DNA of 64,000 nucleotides from Candidatus Harrisonbacteria bacterium (GTDB lineage Bacteria; Patescibacteriota; Minisyncoccia; UBA6257; 02-FULL-45-10c): positions 97,710 to 161,709 of the forward strand of contig JACPTS010000001.1 of the NCBI GenBank assembly GCA_016192685.1, given 5' to 3'. The notes beneath the pieces were generated by a model. That model made no database searches, was not told the origin of the DNA, and saw only the letters and a program-made list of their open reading frames with translations. The translations under genes and the position numbers were made by a program. Shown here piece by piece: positions 44,583 to 54,861 of the stretch (the first letter of the stretch is position 1; the number at the start of each line of letters is the position of its first letter).

Positions 44583-46072
44583 AATTTTGGCAATTCCGCC
44601 GCTATAAAATCAGCGATATTTTTCATGCTTTCCGATTGAGATAAATCAGAACCCTCGCCGGCCGAAGGCGCCCGATAACCCCGAATCCCTGCTTTTCCCA
44701 AGCTTTTCAAATAATTAATTGTTAGTTGGGGGTCAACTTTAAAGCCATTGACAATTTTATTGACGGCGTCCCGGCAAGAAGAAACATCCCGAACGAGAAA
44801 AATTCCCGGACAATCCAAATACCAAGGATAACCGAAAATAATCGCCGGCTTGGACCAGAGCGTCGCTTCCCAACCGGGAGCGCCGGAGGCCGTCGCCACT
44901 GCCTGGGATTCTTTAATTAATCGGTAGGAATTCGTTTCCACTGGAATAATTTTAACATTTTTAATTTCGGAAATTTTTTGATAATAGCCGCGATTTTTAT
45001 AATTGGAAAATCCCAAACCGAAACGAAGCCATTGAAGCGGATGTTCTTTCACGTAAATAATCCAATTTTCCGGCAAAGCGGCGGACAATGTTTCCAGCAT
45101 CAGAATCTGGTCAACAAAAACATCGCCTTGCGGAGCAGTGGAACATTCCGGCTGAACCTGTAACGCGACATAAATAAATTTCTTGGAAAAATCCGGAGCA
45201 GACTCAAAACTCCGGTATTCTTTTTTTAAATTATCCTGAACCGCGTAAGAAATGTTAAAAAATAATTTTTTAATCCAGCGCCGATAATTCCTACTCCCCC
45301 ACTTCCACCGTAAATAACCAAAAGATTTCCAAAAAATAGTTCCGTCTTGGATACTCGCTCTTACTTTTGAAATAAACAGCGGGTCTACCAAAGAATATTT
45401 CTTTTTTAGAAACCTCAGATTCCCCGGCATTTCATTGAAATCCTTTTTTGTCGTTCTTAAATAATACTTCCGGATATCCTCCGGCAAATCATCAACGCTG
45501 AAGTTTTTCTCCCGATTGAACTCCAATTCTTTTTGAAGCCGCTCACTGCCCAGCCAAAAATCTTTTAACGGCAATAATCGGCCGGGAATCCTGGTATCAA
45601 CAAAAGTAAGAACCTTAATTCCCAGAAGTTTAGCTAGGGAATAAAGAACAAAATCGTAAGAATTATGAGGAATATAGGAAAGAATCACGGCTTCCGGCTG
45701 ATATTTTTTTAACACGCCGAACCAATATTGAACCAGATGATAATAAAAATGCTTGCGCCTGTTAACCTCGTCTTTAAAAACCAAATTCATCGGTACTAAA
45801 TTATTAAGCATGGTTAAAGTTAAAGATTCGGTTCTATAAAGTTTCTCAATTAAATCAGTTCCCGGCGGCAAAAAATCAGACATATCAATACCAGCGGCTG
45901 GCCTGCCGTTCATCGCGTCTCCAAAAAAATGAAATATCGCTTCCGGCGGCTTAAATTCATCCGCGCCCTCGGAACCGACAAAATAAACAATTTCGTGATT
46001 ATGTTTTTTAAGCTCCGAGATAAGATGGATGAATTGCTGGCCCTTGTCCGGCCAAACCAAAATTAGTTTCAT
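44579..46072 (-). CDS. capsule-polysaccharide-biosynthesis-like protein (KpsC/KpsS-like paralog)
   Basis: 497 aa. FIYVALQVQPE...QILMLE...IYVKEHPLQ...ASGAPGWEATL. There is a 4-nt ATGA overlap with the downstream paralog. Confidence 0.5.
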   Translation of the reverse strand: MKLILVWPDKGQQFIHLISELKKHNHEIVYFVGSEGADEFKPPEAIFHFFGDAMNGRPAAGIDMSDFLPPGTDLIEKLYRTESLTLTMLNNLVPMNLVFKDEVNRRKHFYYHLVQYWFGVLKKYQPEAVILSYIPHNSYDFVLYSLAKLLGIKVLTFVDTRIPGRLLPLKDFWLGSERLQKELEFNREKNFSVDDLPEDIRKYYLRTTKKDFNEMPGNLRFLKKKYSLVDPLFISKVRASIQDGTIFWKSFGYLRWKWGSRNYRRWIKKLFFNISYAVQDNLKKEYRSFESAPDFSKKFIYVALQVQPECSTAPQGDVFVDQILMLETLSAALPENWIIYVKEHPLQWLRFGLGFSNYKNRGYYQKISEIKNVKIIPVETNSYRLIKESQAVATASGAPGWEATLWSKPAIIFGYPWYLDCPGIFLVRDVSSCRDAVNKIVNGFKVDPQLTINYLKSLGKAGIRGYRAPSAGEGSDLSQSESMKNIADFIAAELPKL

Positions 46073-47928
46073 AGATTTGAATTTTTATTTAAATGGTATA
46101 TTTGATAAAAATAAGATTGCGGCTGTCGCAAAAGTTCCTGCGGCGCGCCGCTTTCCACAATGCGGCCTCCATCCAATACCAAAATCCTGTCAAATTCCCT
46201 AACCGTAGAAAGCCGGTGCGCGATCGCAAAAACCGTAATTTTGCCGCGCAAATCCGCGATTGCTTTCTGAATAAGCGCTTCTGATTCATTATCCAAAGCG
46301 CTGGTGGCCTCGTCAAGAATTAAAATCTCGGGTTTTCGCGCCAAAACTCTGGCTAGCGCGATTCTTTGTTTCTCTCCGCCGGAAAGACGGACTCCTCTTT
46401 CACCAACTATAGTTTCAAATTGCTCGGGAAGATTTTTAATAAATTCATAAATATTGGCCATTTTTGCCGCTTCAATAATATCCTCTTTATTCATCGCGGG
46501 GTCGTAAAATTTAATATTATTCAAAATAGTATCGTTAGTTAAAAAAACATCTTGAGACACATAGCCGATATTTGTTCTCCATTCCCGCAAACTGATGTCA
46601 GCCGCGTCTTCTCCGTCCAACAAAATTACTCCGCTCTTTGGTTTAAACAAACGCAAAAGCAAATCAACAATCGTGGTCTTGCCGGCGCCGGAAGAGCCGA
46701 CTAATCCCAATAATTCTCCCTTTTTAATATAAAAATTGTTATGGGACAATATTTCCTTCTGGCCGTCATAATCAAAACCGACATCCTTAAATTCCAAGCT
46801 ATGGCGGAAAGAAAAATTTTTTCTTCCGGAATCCGTTTCTTTATTGCTCGCGGCCTCTTCGCGGTAAGCCAAAACGCTGGCAAGCGACGGAATCAAAGAA
46901 TTCCACACATATACTTCCGATTGGGCCGCCTGAATACCGGCAAAAACCCTGTTAATCGCGTAAACCGCCACCGCGAAAGAACCGAGATTAAACGCGCCGC
47001 TTTTATAAAAAAAAGTAAATACGCCGACAATAAACAAAATGCCTACCGGCTGGAGCATCGCGGTATTAAAACTGCCGAGTTCTCCGATTTTAATTTGTAA
47101 ATTCTTTATATCGTCAAAATATGCTTCGCCTTTTCGCAATGCCCGCTCCTCGGCAAACATTGATTTAATGGATTTCATCCCGATAATATTCTCATTCACG
47201 TAATGGGCCAAATCTTTGGATCTTTGGACCATTTTCTGGGACAGGTTTCTGGTTTTATTGAATAACGGCTTAAATAAAAATAATATTGCCCCGCCAAAAA
47301 CAATAGCCAATACCGCGACCCAAAAAGAAACATTTACCACCAATAAACTATAAATGGCGATATTAACCGCTATTAAAAATGCGGAACTGATATGAGCCAG
47401 TAAGGCCGAACTATCTTTGACATTGGCCACTAAAATCTGATCCAAATGCCCGACTTTTTGCTTAGAAAGATAAGACCAATCGCCGGCAAAAGTTAATTTT
47501 AAAAGCTCCAGCCGGGTTTTTTTCTGGTAATCTCCGATAATAACATTGGTAATATATTGGCCGGCAAATAACAAAATAGCCTTAATAAAAAATAACAGCA
47601 AAATAAAAATAAGCAGGTATTGAATCGTAAAATTTATATTGGAATAAATAAAAAAACTCTCTATCGCTCTGGAAATAACATCGTTTGCCGGAACGTTATT
47701 TTTATCGGCAAAAGAAAGCAGGGGGATAATCGCGTTTATCCCGAAACCTTCCAGAATTCCGCTAAAAAAAGTCAGAACTGCCATAATCGCAATCTGCGAT
47801 TTATACTGCCCGAAAGCTTCTTTTAATAATCGCAACCATTCCGAAAATTTATATTTTTTATTGACCATATACTTCAATATAACCCTAAAAAATAAAAATG
47901 AGTTACCCGCTTTGGCACTCATTTTCAT
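46069..47928 (-). CDS. ABC transporter, fused permease/ATPase (MsbA-like exporter)
   Basis: 619 aa. Six TM helices, then Walker A GSSGAGKTT, signature LSGGEKQRIALAR and Walker B ILILDEATSALD. Confidence 0.9.
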   Translation of the reverse strand: MKMSAKAGNSFLFFRVILKYMVNKKYKFSEWLRLLKEAFGQYKSQIAIMAVLTFFSGILEGFGINAIIPLLSFADKNNVPANDVISRAIESFFIYSNINFTIQYLLIFILLLFFIKAILLFAGQYITNVIIGDYQKKTRLELLKLTFAGDWSYLSKQKVGHLDQILVANVKDSSALLAHISSAFLIAVNIAIYSLLVVNVSFWVAVLAIVFGGAILFLFKPLFNKTRNLSQKMVQRSKDLAHYVNENIIGMKSIKSMFAEERALRKGEAYFDDIKNLQIKIGELGSFNTAMLQPVGILFIVGVFTFFYKSGAFNLGSFAVAVYAINRVFAGIQAAQSEVYVWNSLIPSLASVLAYREEAASNKETDSGRKNFSFRHSLEFKDVGFDYDGQKEILSHNNFYIKKGELLGLVGSSGAGKTTIVDLLLRLFKPKSGVILLDGEDAADISLREWRTNIGYVSQDVFLTNDTILNNIKFYDPAMNKEDIIEAAKMANIYEFIKNLPEQFETIVGERGVRLSGGEKQRIALARVLARKPEILILDEATSALDNESEALIQKAIADLRGKITVFAIAHRLSTVREFDRILVLDGGRIVESGAPQELLRQPQSYFYQIYHLNKNSNL

Positions 47929-47949
47929 TATCTCCTGTTTAAAAGATTA

Positions 47950-48549
47950 TTAATCTGTAATGCTCCAGTTATAATCGCCTTTGCTGGCGCGATAGAGTTT
48001 GCATTTTTTAATGTCCGCGGAAGAAAGACTAAGCGCTTCACAATCTAAATTAGAATTAAAATCAATAGTTGTCAGCGTGCTTCTGGAAAGATTAATAGTG
48101 CTGCCAAGAGCGTAATTATCCGAAGAGCTGGGATTGCTAGCGGTATTAGCGGATTGCGACGCCGGTTGAATAATATTGCCGTTAACATCCACTAAAGCGC
48201 CATTTGGCAAACGAAAAGTTCCTGATGGCAAAGATGGGGCTGGAGATGGAGTGGGCGGAGCCGGTGAAGCTTTTTTCAACGCTTCCAAAAATTGGGCGGT
48301 TTGCGCCAATTTCTCTTCTATTTCCGTTTTTTTGGTTTTTGCCGTGGTCTGAACAACTGATTTTTCTTCTTTTTCCGGCTGACTAATGGCCGCTTCCTGA
48401 ACTATCTCCTGACTGCTGGTTGCGGCGACCGGCGCTTCGAAAACCCCGCTTTGTGGGGCTAAAGGCGCGGAAACCAAACCAACCGCCACTAAAATCGTTA
48501 CGGCAACGGACGCTATTTTATTAAAAACTGCGCTTAAAAATCCCCACAT
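47950..48549 (-). CDS. hypothetical secreted/anchored protein with a Pro-rich linker
   Basis: 199 aa. N-terminal TM, then KLAQTAQFLEALKKASPAPPTPSPAPS, the same style as the repeats in the 23454-24386 protein. Confidence 0.45.
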   Translation of the reverse strand: MWGFLSAVFNKIASVAVTILVAVGLVSAPLAPQSGVFEAPVAATSSQEIVQEAAISQPEKEEKSVVQTTAKTKKTEIEEKLAQTAQFLEALKKASPAPPTPSPAPSLPSGTFRLPNGALVDVNGNIIQPASQSANTASNPSSSDNYALGSTINLSRSTLTTIDFNSNLDCEALSLSSADIKKCKLYRASKGDYNWSITD

Positions 48550-48574
48550 ATTTTAATTATAGCAAATTCGTTTA

Positions 48575-50074
48575 TTAAAATTTCAAAATATGCCCCTGAA
48601 CAGTTAAAATCAGCTCTACAATTTCCCGAACCGCGTGCTGCCCGCCCTTGGCTGCCGCGACATAATCAACAATGGATCTTATTCTCGGATGGGCATCGGC
48701 AACCGTGATTGATACTCCAACCACATTAAAAACCGCTTCATCATTTAAATCATCGCCAATATAAGCCGCTTCTTTTTGAGAAAATCCGTACTCCGACATA
48801 ATCCTTTTTAAAATTTCCGCTTTTCCGCCGGCATCGGCTACGCCTTGCGAACATTTAATATTCCAAGTTTTACAACGGGCAGCCACTACCGGATTAATTG
48901 TTTTAGAAATGACGTAGGGTGTGATGCCAAACCGTTTCAGCATTTCAATGCTTAAACCATCTTTACGGCTGCAACGCACGGTTTCTTTCCCGTTTTGGTC
49001 AATATAAACAAATCCATCGGTTAGCACGCCGTCAAAATCCATTGCCAATAACTTAACATTTTTTAACTTTTCGGCTAATTCTTGATTAGAAAACCAGATC
49101 GCCCTCCTGGGAAAAATAATTCTTACCATCGCCCAAGACTTATCATCAAATAACACGAAAGCCAGTAAAAAAATCAGTGTGCCGAACGCCTTAAAAAAAG
49201 TCGCCGGCTCGCCAAAAAACAAAACTCCAAAAATCATCGTCATAATCAAATAACTGCTGTTCATTACCAAATTTTTAAAAGCGATAAAAGCGCCAAATTT
49301 ATAACTTAAAAGATTGAAAATCAAGGCGCCGACAAAAAATACGCTGGTACCGGCCGCTGCTAACCAAAACTTCCGCATTGACAAAGAAAAATCAGCTAAT
49401 AACTCAACCTGATTTAACCAAAATAATCCTCCCAAAGAAACCAAAATCGTTGCTAAACCTCCCCAAAAACTCAATGTCAAAGGATGAGATTCTTTAATCC
49501 ATTGGGCAATCCCTTGAATAACCGCCAAAAGCAGCATCACCGCAAAAGACAATTCAATCCAAAGCGGCAAATTAGAAATCTCCGCCAAAGACGGATAACC
49601 GAGAACTGTATATCCGGCTGCTGCGGCAAACACAATGCCTAAAATCTTCCGAAAATTTAAGGTATTGCCGAAAAGAAAATAACCAATCAGCGCTCCGGGA
49701 ACTATGGATAAAGTAACAATTAAAGTATTGACGCCTACATCTCCGCCGCTAGCAAAAACCAAAAAAGTGAGGATAGTGGCAACTGAAAAAATAATCCCAT
49801 ATAAAATTGCTCCGAAAATATGTTTTGGGGCATCCAGAATACTGCCTAAAGATTTATCAGTAAGTCCCCGGCTGACAGCATAAATAACCTGAAACAAACC
49901 AATAACTAAAGTAGCGGCATAAGCATGGCCAAAAGTAACGCTGAGCTGGCCGACGGATTTCTGAAATAACTTAGCTCCAGTTTTAAAAACCGCTTCCAGC
50001 AAAATCCATTTCATCCAGGACTCACCGGCCATCTTTCTGCCATCCCAAAATATCTTTAAAAAATTATTTGCCAT
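48575..50074 (-). CDS. polytopic membrane domain fused to a KdsC-family (HAD-IIIA) ulosonate-phosphate phosphatase
   Basis: 499 aa. About 330 aa with 9-10 TM helices, then LLAMDFDGVLTDG...GDDLND...KGG, which is the KdsC/YrbI signature. Confidence 0.75.
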   Translation of the reverse strand: MANNFLKIFWDGRKMAGESWMKWILLEAVFKTGAKLFQKSVGQLSVTFGHAYAATLVIGLFQVIYAVSRGLTDKSLGSILDAPKHIFGAILYGIIFSVATILTFLVFASGGDVGVNTLIVTLSIVPGALIGYFLFGNTLNFRKILGIVFAAAAGYTVLGYPSLAEISNLPLWIELSFAVMLLLAVIQGIAQWIKESHPLTLSFWGGLATILVSLGGLFWLNQVELLADFSLSMRKFWLAAAGTSVFFVGALIFNLLSYKFGAFIAFKNLVMNSSYLIMTMIFGVLFFGEPATFFKAFGTLIFLLAFVLFDDKSWAMVRIIFPRRAIWFSNQELAEKLKNVKLLAMDFDGVLTDGFVYIDQNGKETVRCSRKDGLSIEMLKRFGITPYVISKTINPVVAARCKTWNIKCSQGVADAGGKAEILKRIMSEYGFSQKEAAYIGDDLNDEAVFNVVGVSITVADAHPRIRSIVDYVAAAKGGQHAVREIVELILTVQGHILKF

Positions 50075-51002
50075 GATTAACTAACTCCTCACAAATCTTT
50101 TTTGCAACCGCATATTGAGTTTCCGGAGTAAAAGTAGCAATATGCGGCATGGCAATAACTTTCGGGTGAGAAATCAAACGCTTAAGAATTTCATTATTAA
50201 ACGGCGGCTCTTCGGAAAATACGTCCAAAGCAACGCCGGCAACCCACCCGGATTCAACCGCCGCCAGCAACGCCTTTTCATCTGTCACTTCTCCGCGCGA
50301 AGTATTAATTACATAGGCTCCTGGTTTTAATAAAGATAATAATTTTTCATTAACTATTTGCTTGGTAAGGTCAGTCAATGGCACATGGAAAGTAATAAAA
50401 TCGCTTTTTTGAAGCAAGGTTTCCAATTCTGATTTTTCCACGCCAATACTCTTTAAAAAATCTTCATCATAGACTATATCATTTGCCAGCACCCGCATCC
50501 CTAAATTTCGCGCCATTTTCGCAACCTCTTTGCCGATATTTCCCAAACCGACGATTCCAAGAGTTTTCCCGGAAACTTGCGTTGCCGATGTCCGTTTCCA
50601 CTTGCCTTCTCTCATGTCATTGGCAAACGGCACGATATTGCGAGCCAAAGTAAAAATAAAAGCCATGGTCAGCTCGGCAACCGAATGTTTATTAATGCCG
50701 GGAAAAAACTTTAACGCAATTCCCCGCTCTTCCAGCGCCGGAATATCAATATGTTCTAACCCCACTCCAAATGGCATTACCACTTTAAGATTGGGAAATA
50801 GCGAAAATTCTTTTTTGCCAACCGGCAATAAAGCTCCGGCTACCATCGCCGCCACCTCTTCGGGATTAAAAGAAAATGGCGGGTTAAGCCGCTCATCTAG
50901 CACAACGCGCCAACTATGCTCATCTAAAAATTCCGCCAGGTCAGGAGAACGGACAATAGTATTAGAAAATGACGGAGTGGTGGTAAGAACTATTTTGGCC
51001 AT
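50064..51002 (-). CDS. D-isomer-specific 2-hydroxyacid dehydrogenase
   Basis: 312 aa. GKTLGIVGLGNIGKEVA and the catalytic R/E/H arrangement with PHIA. Confidence 0.85.
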   Translation of the reverse strand: MAKIVLTTTPSFSNTIVRSPDLAEFLDEHSWRVVLDERLNPPFSFNPEEVAAMVAGALLPVGKKEFSLFPNLKVVMPFGVGLEHIDIPALEERGIALKFFPGINKHSVAELTMAFIFTLARNIVPFANDMREGKWKRTSATQVSGKTLGIVGLGNIGKEVAKMARNLGMRVLANDIVYDEDFLKSIGVEKSELETLLQKSDFITFHVPLTDLTKQIVNEKLLSLLKPGAYVINTSRGEVTDEKALLAAVESGWVAGVALDVFSEEPPFNNEILKRLISHPKVIAMPHIATFTPETQYAVAKKICEELVNHGK

Positions 51003-52165
51003 GGATGCTGTTTCAAGGCTTTTTCATTTATTTCCGTGCCCCAGCCTGGTCCTTTCGGAAGTTCCATCTGGCCGTTAATAATCTTCGGAACATTGGTAAC
51101 CACCTCATCCCGCCACGGCACATCTTCCACATCCAATTCCATAATCCGAAGATTGGGAATCACCGCAGAAAGCTGGGCGCTGATAAAAGTCGCCAAATGC
51201 CCGTTATGGTTATGAGGCGCAAAATTCATTTCCTGTAATTCCGCCAAGGCCGCGATTTCTTTAGCGCGGATAAATCCATTCCAGGTCGGATTGGAAATAA
51301 CAATATCCATGGCATGGCGTTCCAAATAAGGACGATATTGCCTCGCGCCGTAAAGGTCTTCACCGGAAGCAATTGGAATTTTTACTGAATCCCTAATCAA
51401 CCGAAGCGCGCCTGGATCATAAGAATCCAGTTCCAGCCACATCAAATTGTATTTTTCCAGCATCCGGCCAATTTTAATAAAGCCCTCGGTTTTAAAATTA
51501 AAATTAAGGTCTAAAATAATATCTATATCATCGCCGGCAGCATCGCGAAGCGCGCTTGCCCACTTATCAATCGCTTTCAATTTATAATTATCAACATTCA
51601 GTTCTGGCCAGCCATCGCTTTTAGCAAAGCCCGCCATATAAATTTCCGGCTTCTCGCCAAAAAATGCGACTTTCGGCTTAATCACTTTAAAACCGGAGGA
51701 TTTTACCTCTTTAATTAACTCTTTTAACTCGCTAAGCGACTGCATCTGCGGTTTGCCGATCGCGGCCGCGTCCCGAACCCGGGAAGTGGCAAAATGCGAC
51801 CAGTATAAAGGAATGGTCTCGCGGACTGGCCCACCAAATAATTCGTAAACCGGAACGCTTAAAGCTTTTGCTTTAATATCTAAAAGCGCGTTTTCAATGC
51901 CGCCAATGGCTTTTTGAATAATACTGCCCGGACTCTGCCGAGTCCGCGAATACATCAGCCAGTATAATTTTTCCACCAAACGCGGGTCCTGACCAACTAA
52001 AAGCGAACTTAAATCTTTAATAACTCCCTCAAGTCCGCGCGGCGAGCCATGGGAATCAGAGCATTCGCTCCAGCCAACCAAACCTTCATCTGTGGAAATT
52101 TTAACAAAAGTCCACGGCCGCCAGCCCGCATCACAATATAAAGCTTCTACTTTAGTAATAACCAT
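50990..52165 (-). CDS. enolase-superfamily (mandelate racemase/muconate lactonizing enzyme-like) sugar-acid dehydratase
   Basis: 391 aa. Capping domain plus TIM-barrel acid residues (IDIILDLNFNF, LDSYD pattern). Confidence 0.75.
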   Translation of the reverse strand: MVITKVEALYCDAGWRPWTFVKISTDEGLVGWSECSDSHGSPRGLEGVIKDLSSLLVGQDPRLVEKLYWLMYSRTRQSPGSIIQKAIGGIENALLDIKAKALSVPVYELFGGPVRETIPLYWSHFATSRVRDAAAIGKPQMQSLSELKELIKEVKSSGFKVIKPKVAFFGEKPEIYMAGFAKSDGWPELNVDNYKLKAIDKWASALRDAAGDDIDIILDLNFNFKTEGFIKIGRMLEKYNLMWLELDSYDPGALRLIRDSVKIPIASGEDLYGARQYRPYLERHAMDIVISNPTWNGFIRAKEIAALAELQEMNFAPHNHNGHLATFISAQLSAVIPNLRIMELDVEDVPWRDEVVTNVPKIINGQMELPKGPGWGTEINEKALKQHPWPK

Positions 52166-52169
52166 TTTA

Positions 52170-52886
52170 TTATTTATTTAAATTATTCTTTAAATATTCG
52201 GCCACCATAAAATCCACTTCCGAATCAATGTCCACTGACCGGTCTTGTGGAACAATATAAGGCCGAATCCGCTCTCCGGTAATGGAATTATACTTGGAAA
52301 GTATATGGGGACGAAAAGCGACTAAATTAGCGCGAAAATAGGCCTTGGCATATCCTTGCCTAAGCAGAGGCGCCGCGTCTTTCGGGTCACCGCTGATATA
52401 GCCAACCACTAATTCTCCTCCCTTACCGTCCGGGACCAATTTTAAAGCTTTTGCCGGATGCTGGCTTGCCAGTGCCATTACAATAGAAGAGTCTGCTTCC
52501 GGATCATTTAAAAGCGCTTCCACGGCGCCGTCAAAATCGCCAGGCTGCTGAAAAGGCACGGTCGGCATTCCGCGCACCACTAAATCCGGCTCATAACTTT
52601 CATTTTCCCGAAGCCAATTTACCGCGTGATTCACATAATCAAAATCAGTGGATTTATCGCCGGAAAATTCTGCCGGCCGCAAAAATGGCGTTTCCGCGCC
52701 ATAATCTCTTGCCACTTTGGCATATTCTTCTGAATCAGTGGAAATAATCACCCGATTAACATATTTTGATTTTTTCGCCGCCTCAATAACCCAAGCCAAC
52801 AGCGGCTTTCCGCCAAGCAATTTTATATTTTTATTCGGAACGCCTTTTGAGCCGGAACGGGCGCCGATCAAAGCCAAAACCGTCAT
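52170..52886 (-). CDS. acylneuraminate cytidylyltransferase family (second CMP-sugar synthetase)
   Basis: 238 aa. LALIGARSGSKGVPNKN. Confidence 0.85.
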   Translation of the reverse strand: MTVLALIGARSGSKGVPNKNIKLLGGKPLLAWVIEAAKKSKYVNRVIISTDSEEYAKVARDYGAETPFLRPAEFSGDKSTDFDYVNHAVNWLRENESYEPDLVVRGMPTVPFQQPGDFDGAVEALLNDPEADSSIVMALASQHPAKALKLVPDGKGGELVVGYISGDPKDAAPLLRQGYAKAYFRANLVAFRPHILSKYNSITGERIRPYIVPQDRSVDIDSEVDFMVAEYLKNNLNK

Positions 52887-52898
52887 TGATATTACAAC

Positions 52899-53810
52899 CT
52901 AAAATATAGCCACTGGGTTAACTGGCGAGCCAGTGGCATTTTTAAGCCGCAAAGGATTAATAGAAATCAAAAATTCCCAGCGTTTTTTTTCCTTGCAAAC
53001 TTTAGCTAACTCTTCAAGATTAGCATTATCTAAAATCCAAAGACCCATACTTACCAATGAAATCACATGGAATGGATTGTTAATATTGGGATATAAATTG
53101 CTTTTATGACTATTTGCAGTATCTGAACCAATAATGGAAACTTCTCGCTCGCGAAGCCATGGCATAGCGGCGGCGCTTAATCCTGGTTCTTTTGCAATTT
53201 CAATATTTTCTTTTGTTTCTAAAATTCTTTTATAATTGCCAGTCCGCACTAATAATACATCACCCGATTCAACTTTCACTCCAACAATTTTTTCTGCCGC
53301 TTCCAAATCCGCAACCGTTACTGCTTCTCCCGATTCCAACCATTTTTTATTTTTTATAGCGGCAACATCCAATAACACGCCTCGTGTGATAATACCGTTT
53401 CTCAAAACCTCCACATCATTGACTTGCGCGCCTTCCCGAGAACTGACCAAATCTGCCGGCCGGTTATTATACATCTTGCCTTTCCAAAAATAATGGGCCG
53501 GGCTGTCTATGTGGGTAATGCTGTTGCCATGAAAAACCATTCCAATGTATTCCAATCCCGCTCGCCGACCTTCGCCGCTGTCAATCTCTTTACGCAACGC
53601 TTGCGTTTTAAGATCCGGCTCCGGAGAACTCTCTATCGGTCTTGCGCAAGTAACTGAAACTCCATCCCGTACCAAAGCCAAAGATTTTTTGACTTTCTTC
53701 GGATTTATAAAATTAATCGTTCCCAGCTCATCTTCTTTTCCCCAGCGTTCCCAATTGCTTAAAGAATCCAAATAACTTAAAACTTCTTTTTCGCTAAAAT
53801 TATCATTCAT
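52899..53810 (-). CDS. cyclase-family protein (PF04199, kynurenine-formamidase-like)
   Basis: 303 aa. HGNSITHIDSPAH matches the HxGTHxDxPxH cyclase motif. Confidence 0.65.
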   Translation of the reverse strand: MNDNFSEKEVLSYLDSLSNWERWGKEDELGTINFINPKKVKKSLALVRDGVSVTCARPIESSPEPDLKTQALRKEIDSGEGRRAGLEYIGMVFHGNSITHIDSPAHYFWKGKMYNNRPADLVSSREGAQVNDVEVLRNGIITRGVLLDVAAIKNKKWLESGEAVTVADLEAAEKIVGVKVESGDVLLVRTGNYKRILETKENIEIAKEPGLSAAAMPWLREREVSIIGSDTANSHKSNLYPNINNPFHVISLVSMGLWILDNANLEELAKVCKEKKRWEFLISINPLRLKNATGSPVNPVAIF

Positions 53811-53880
53811 AATATCGTAATTATATAACCCGCAAACAATACAAATAGTAATAAAAAAATACCCGTATTCTACAGGTATT

Positions 53881-54861
53881 TTATAAAATTTCCACTCCTT
53901 CTAAATTTCCTTCCAAAACATTCACTACATTCCGCGTAACTTTCAAAACAATTTCTTGTTCCGTGCTTTTAGTTAACGAGGCGCTATGAGGAGATAAAAT
54001 AATATTGCCGCCATTTTTTCCATACTCTATCAGTTTTTTCATAAACAGCTGATCAAACGGCGGCTCGCTGGAAAAAACATCCAGCGCGGCTCCGCCAATT
54101 TTTTTAGCCATTACTAATTCGGCCAGGACTTCTTCATCAACAACTGCGCCGCGGGAAATATTTACCAAAAACGCATCAGGCCTCATCAATGAAAGCAAAT
54201 TCTTACCAATCAAGTTAGTGGTTTCCGGAGTGAGTAAAACTGATACTACTACGGCATCACTGGCAGACATCACTTGGGGAAGCTCTACCAATTTTAATCC
54301 GTATTTATCTGCTATTTCTAACACTTCTGGCCGCCGCGATTGATTCCAACCAATAAGATTTCCGACACCTAACGCATGCAACTTCTCTGCCAAGAGACGC
54401 CCAATAGAACCAACCCCTACGATTCCTACGGTCATTTCTGATAAAGATTTGCCTCGGCTTTTCTGCCATATACCCCCAAGCATATTGCTATGCATCGGTA
54501 CAATATTTCTAGAAAGCGCTAAAATAAGGCCCAAAACAAATTCGCTGACTGGCTTAGCATTTAAGCCGGAAACACGGGTAACCCTAATTCCTTTAAGCCG
54601 AGCGGCAGCAAGATCTACGTTGTTATAGCCAGTTCCATTTCTGGCAATCGTCTTTAAATTTGGAAAAAGGCGCATAACCTCATCACCGCATTCTTTATCA
54701 CCCAATACCAAAGCAATCACTCTCTCCGCCATATCCACTGACAATTTAAAATCATCAGTTCGGATTAATTCAAATCGATCCTGAAAAACTTCCTGATTTG
54801 CTAACCCTCTCTCATTCCAAAAACCGCGCGCTGCTATTAGAATTACTGGTTTTTGATTCAT
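53881..54861 (-). CDS. D-isomer-specific 2-hydroxyacid dehydrogenase (second copy)
   Basis: 326 aa. VGIVGVGSIGRLLA with the PH and RG catalytic blocks. Confidence 0.85.
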   Translation of the reverse strand: MNQKPVILIAARGFWNERGLANQEVFQDRFELIRTDDFKLSVDMAERVIALVLGDKECGDEVMRLFPNLKTIARNGTGYNNVDLAAARLKGIRVTRVSGLNAKPVSEFVLGLILALSRNIVPMHSNMLGGIWQKSRGKSLSEMTVGIVGVGSIGRLLAEKLHALGVGNLIGWNQSRRPEVLEIADKYGLKLVELPQVMSASDAVVVSVLLTPETTNLIGKNLLSLMRPDAFLVNISRGAVVDEEVLAELVMAKKIGGAALDVFSSEPPFDQLFMKKLIEYGKNGGNIILSPHSASLTKSTEQEIVLKVTRNVVNVLEGNLEGVEIL

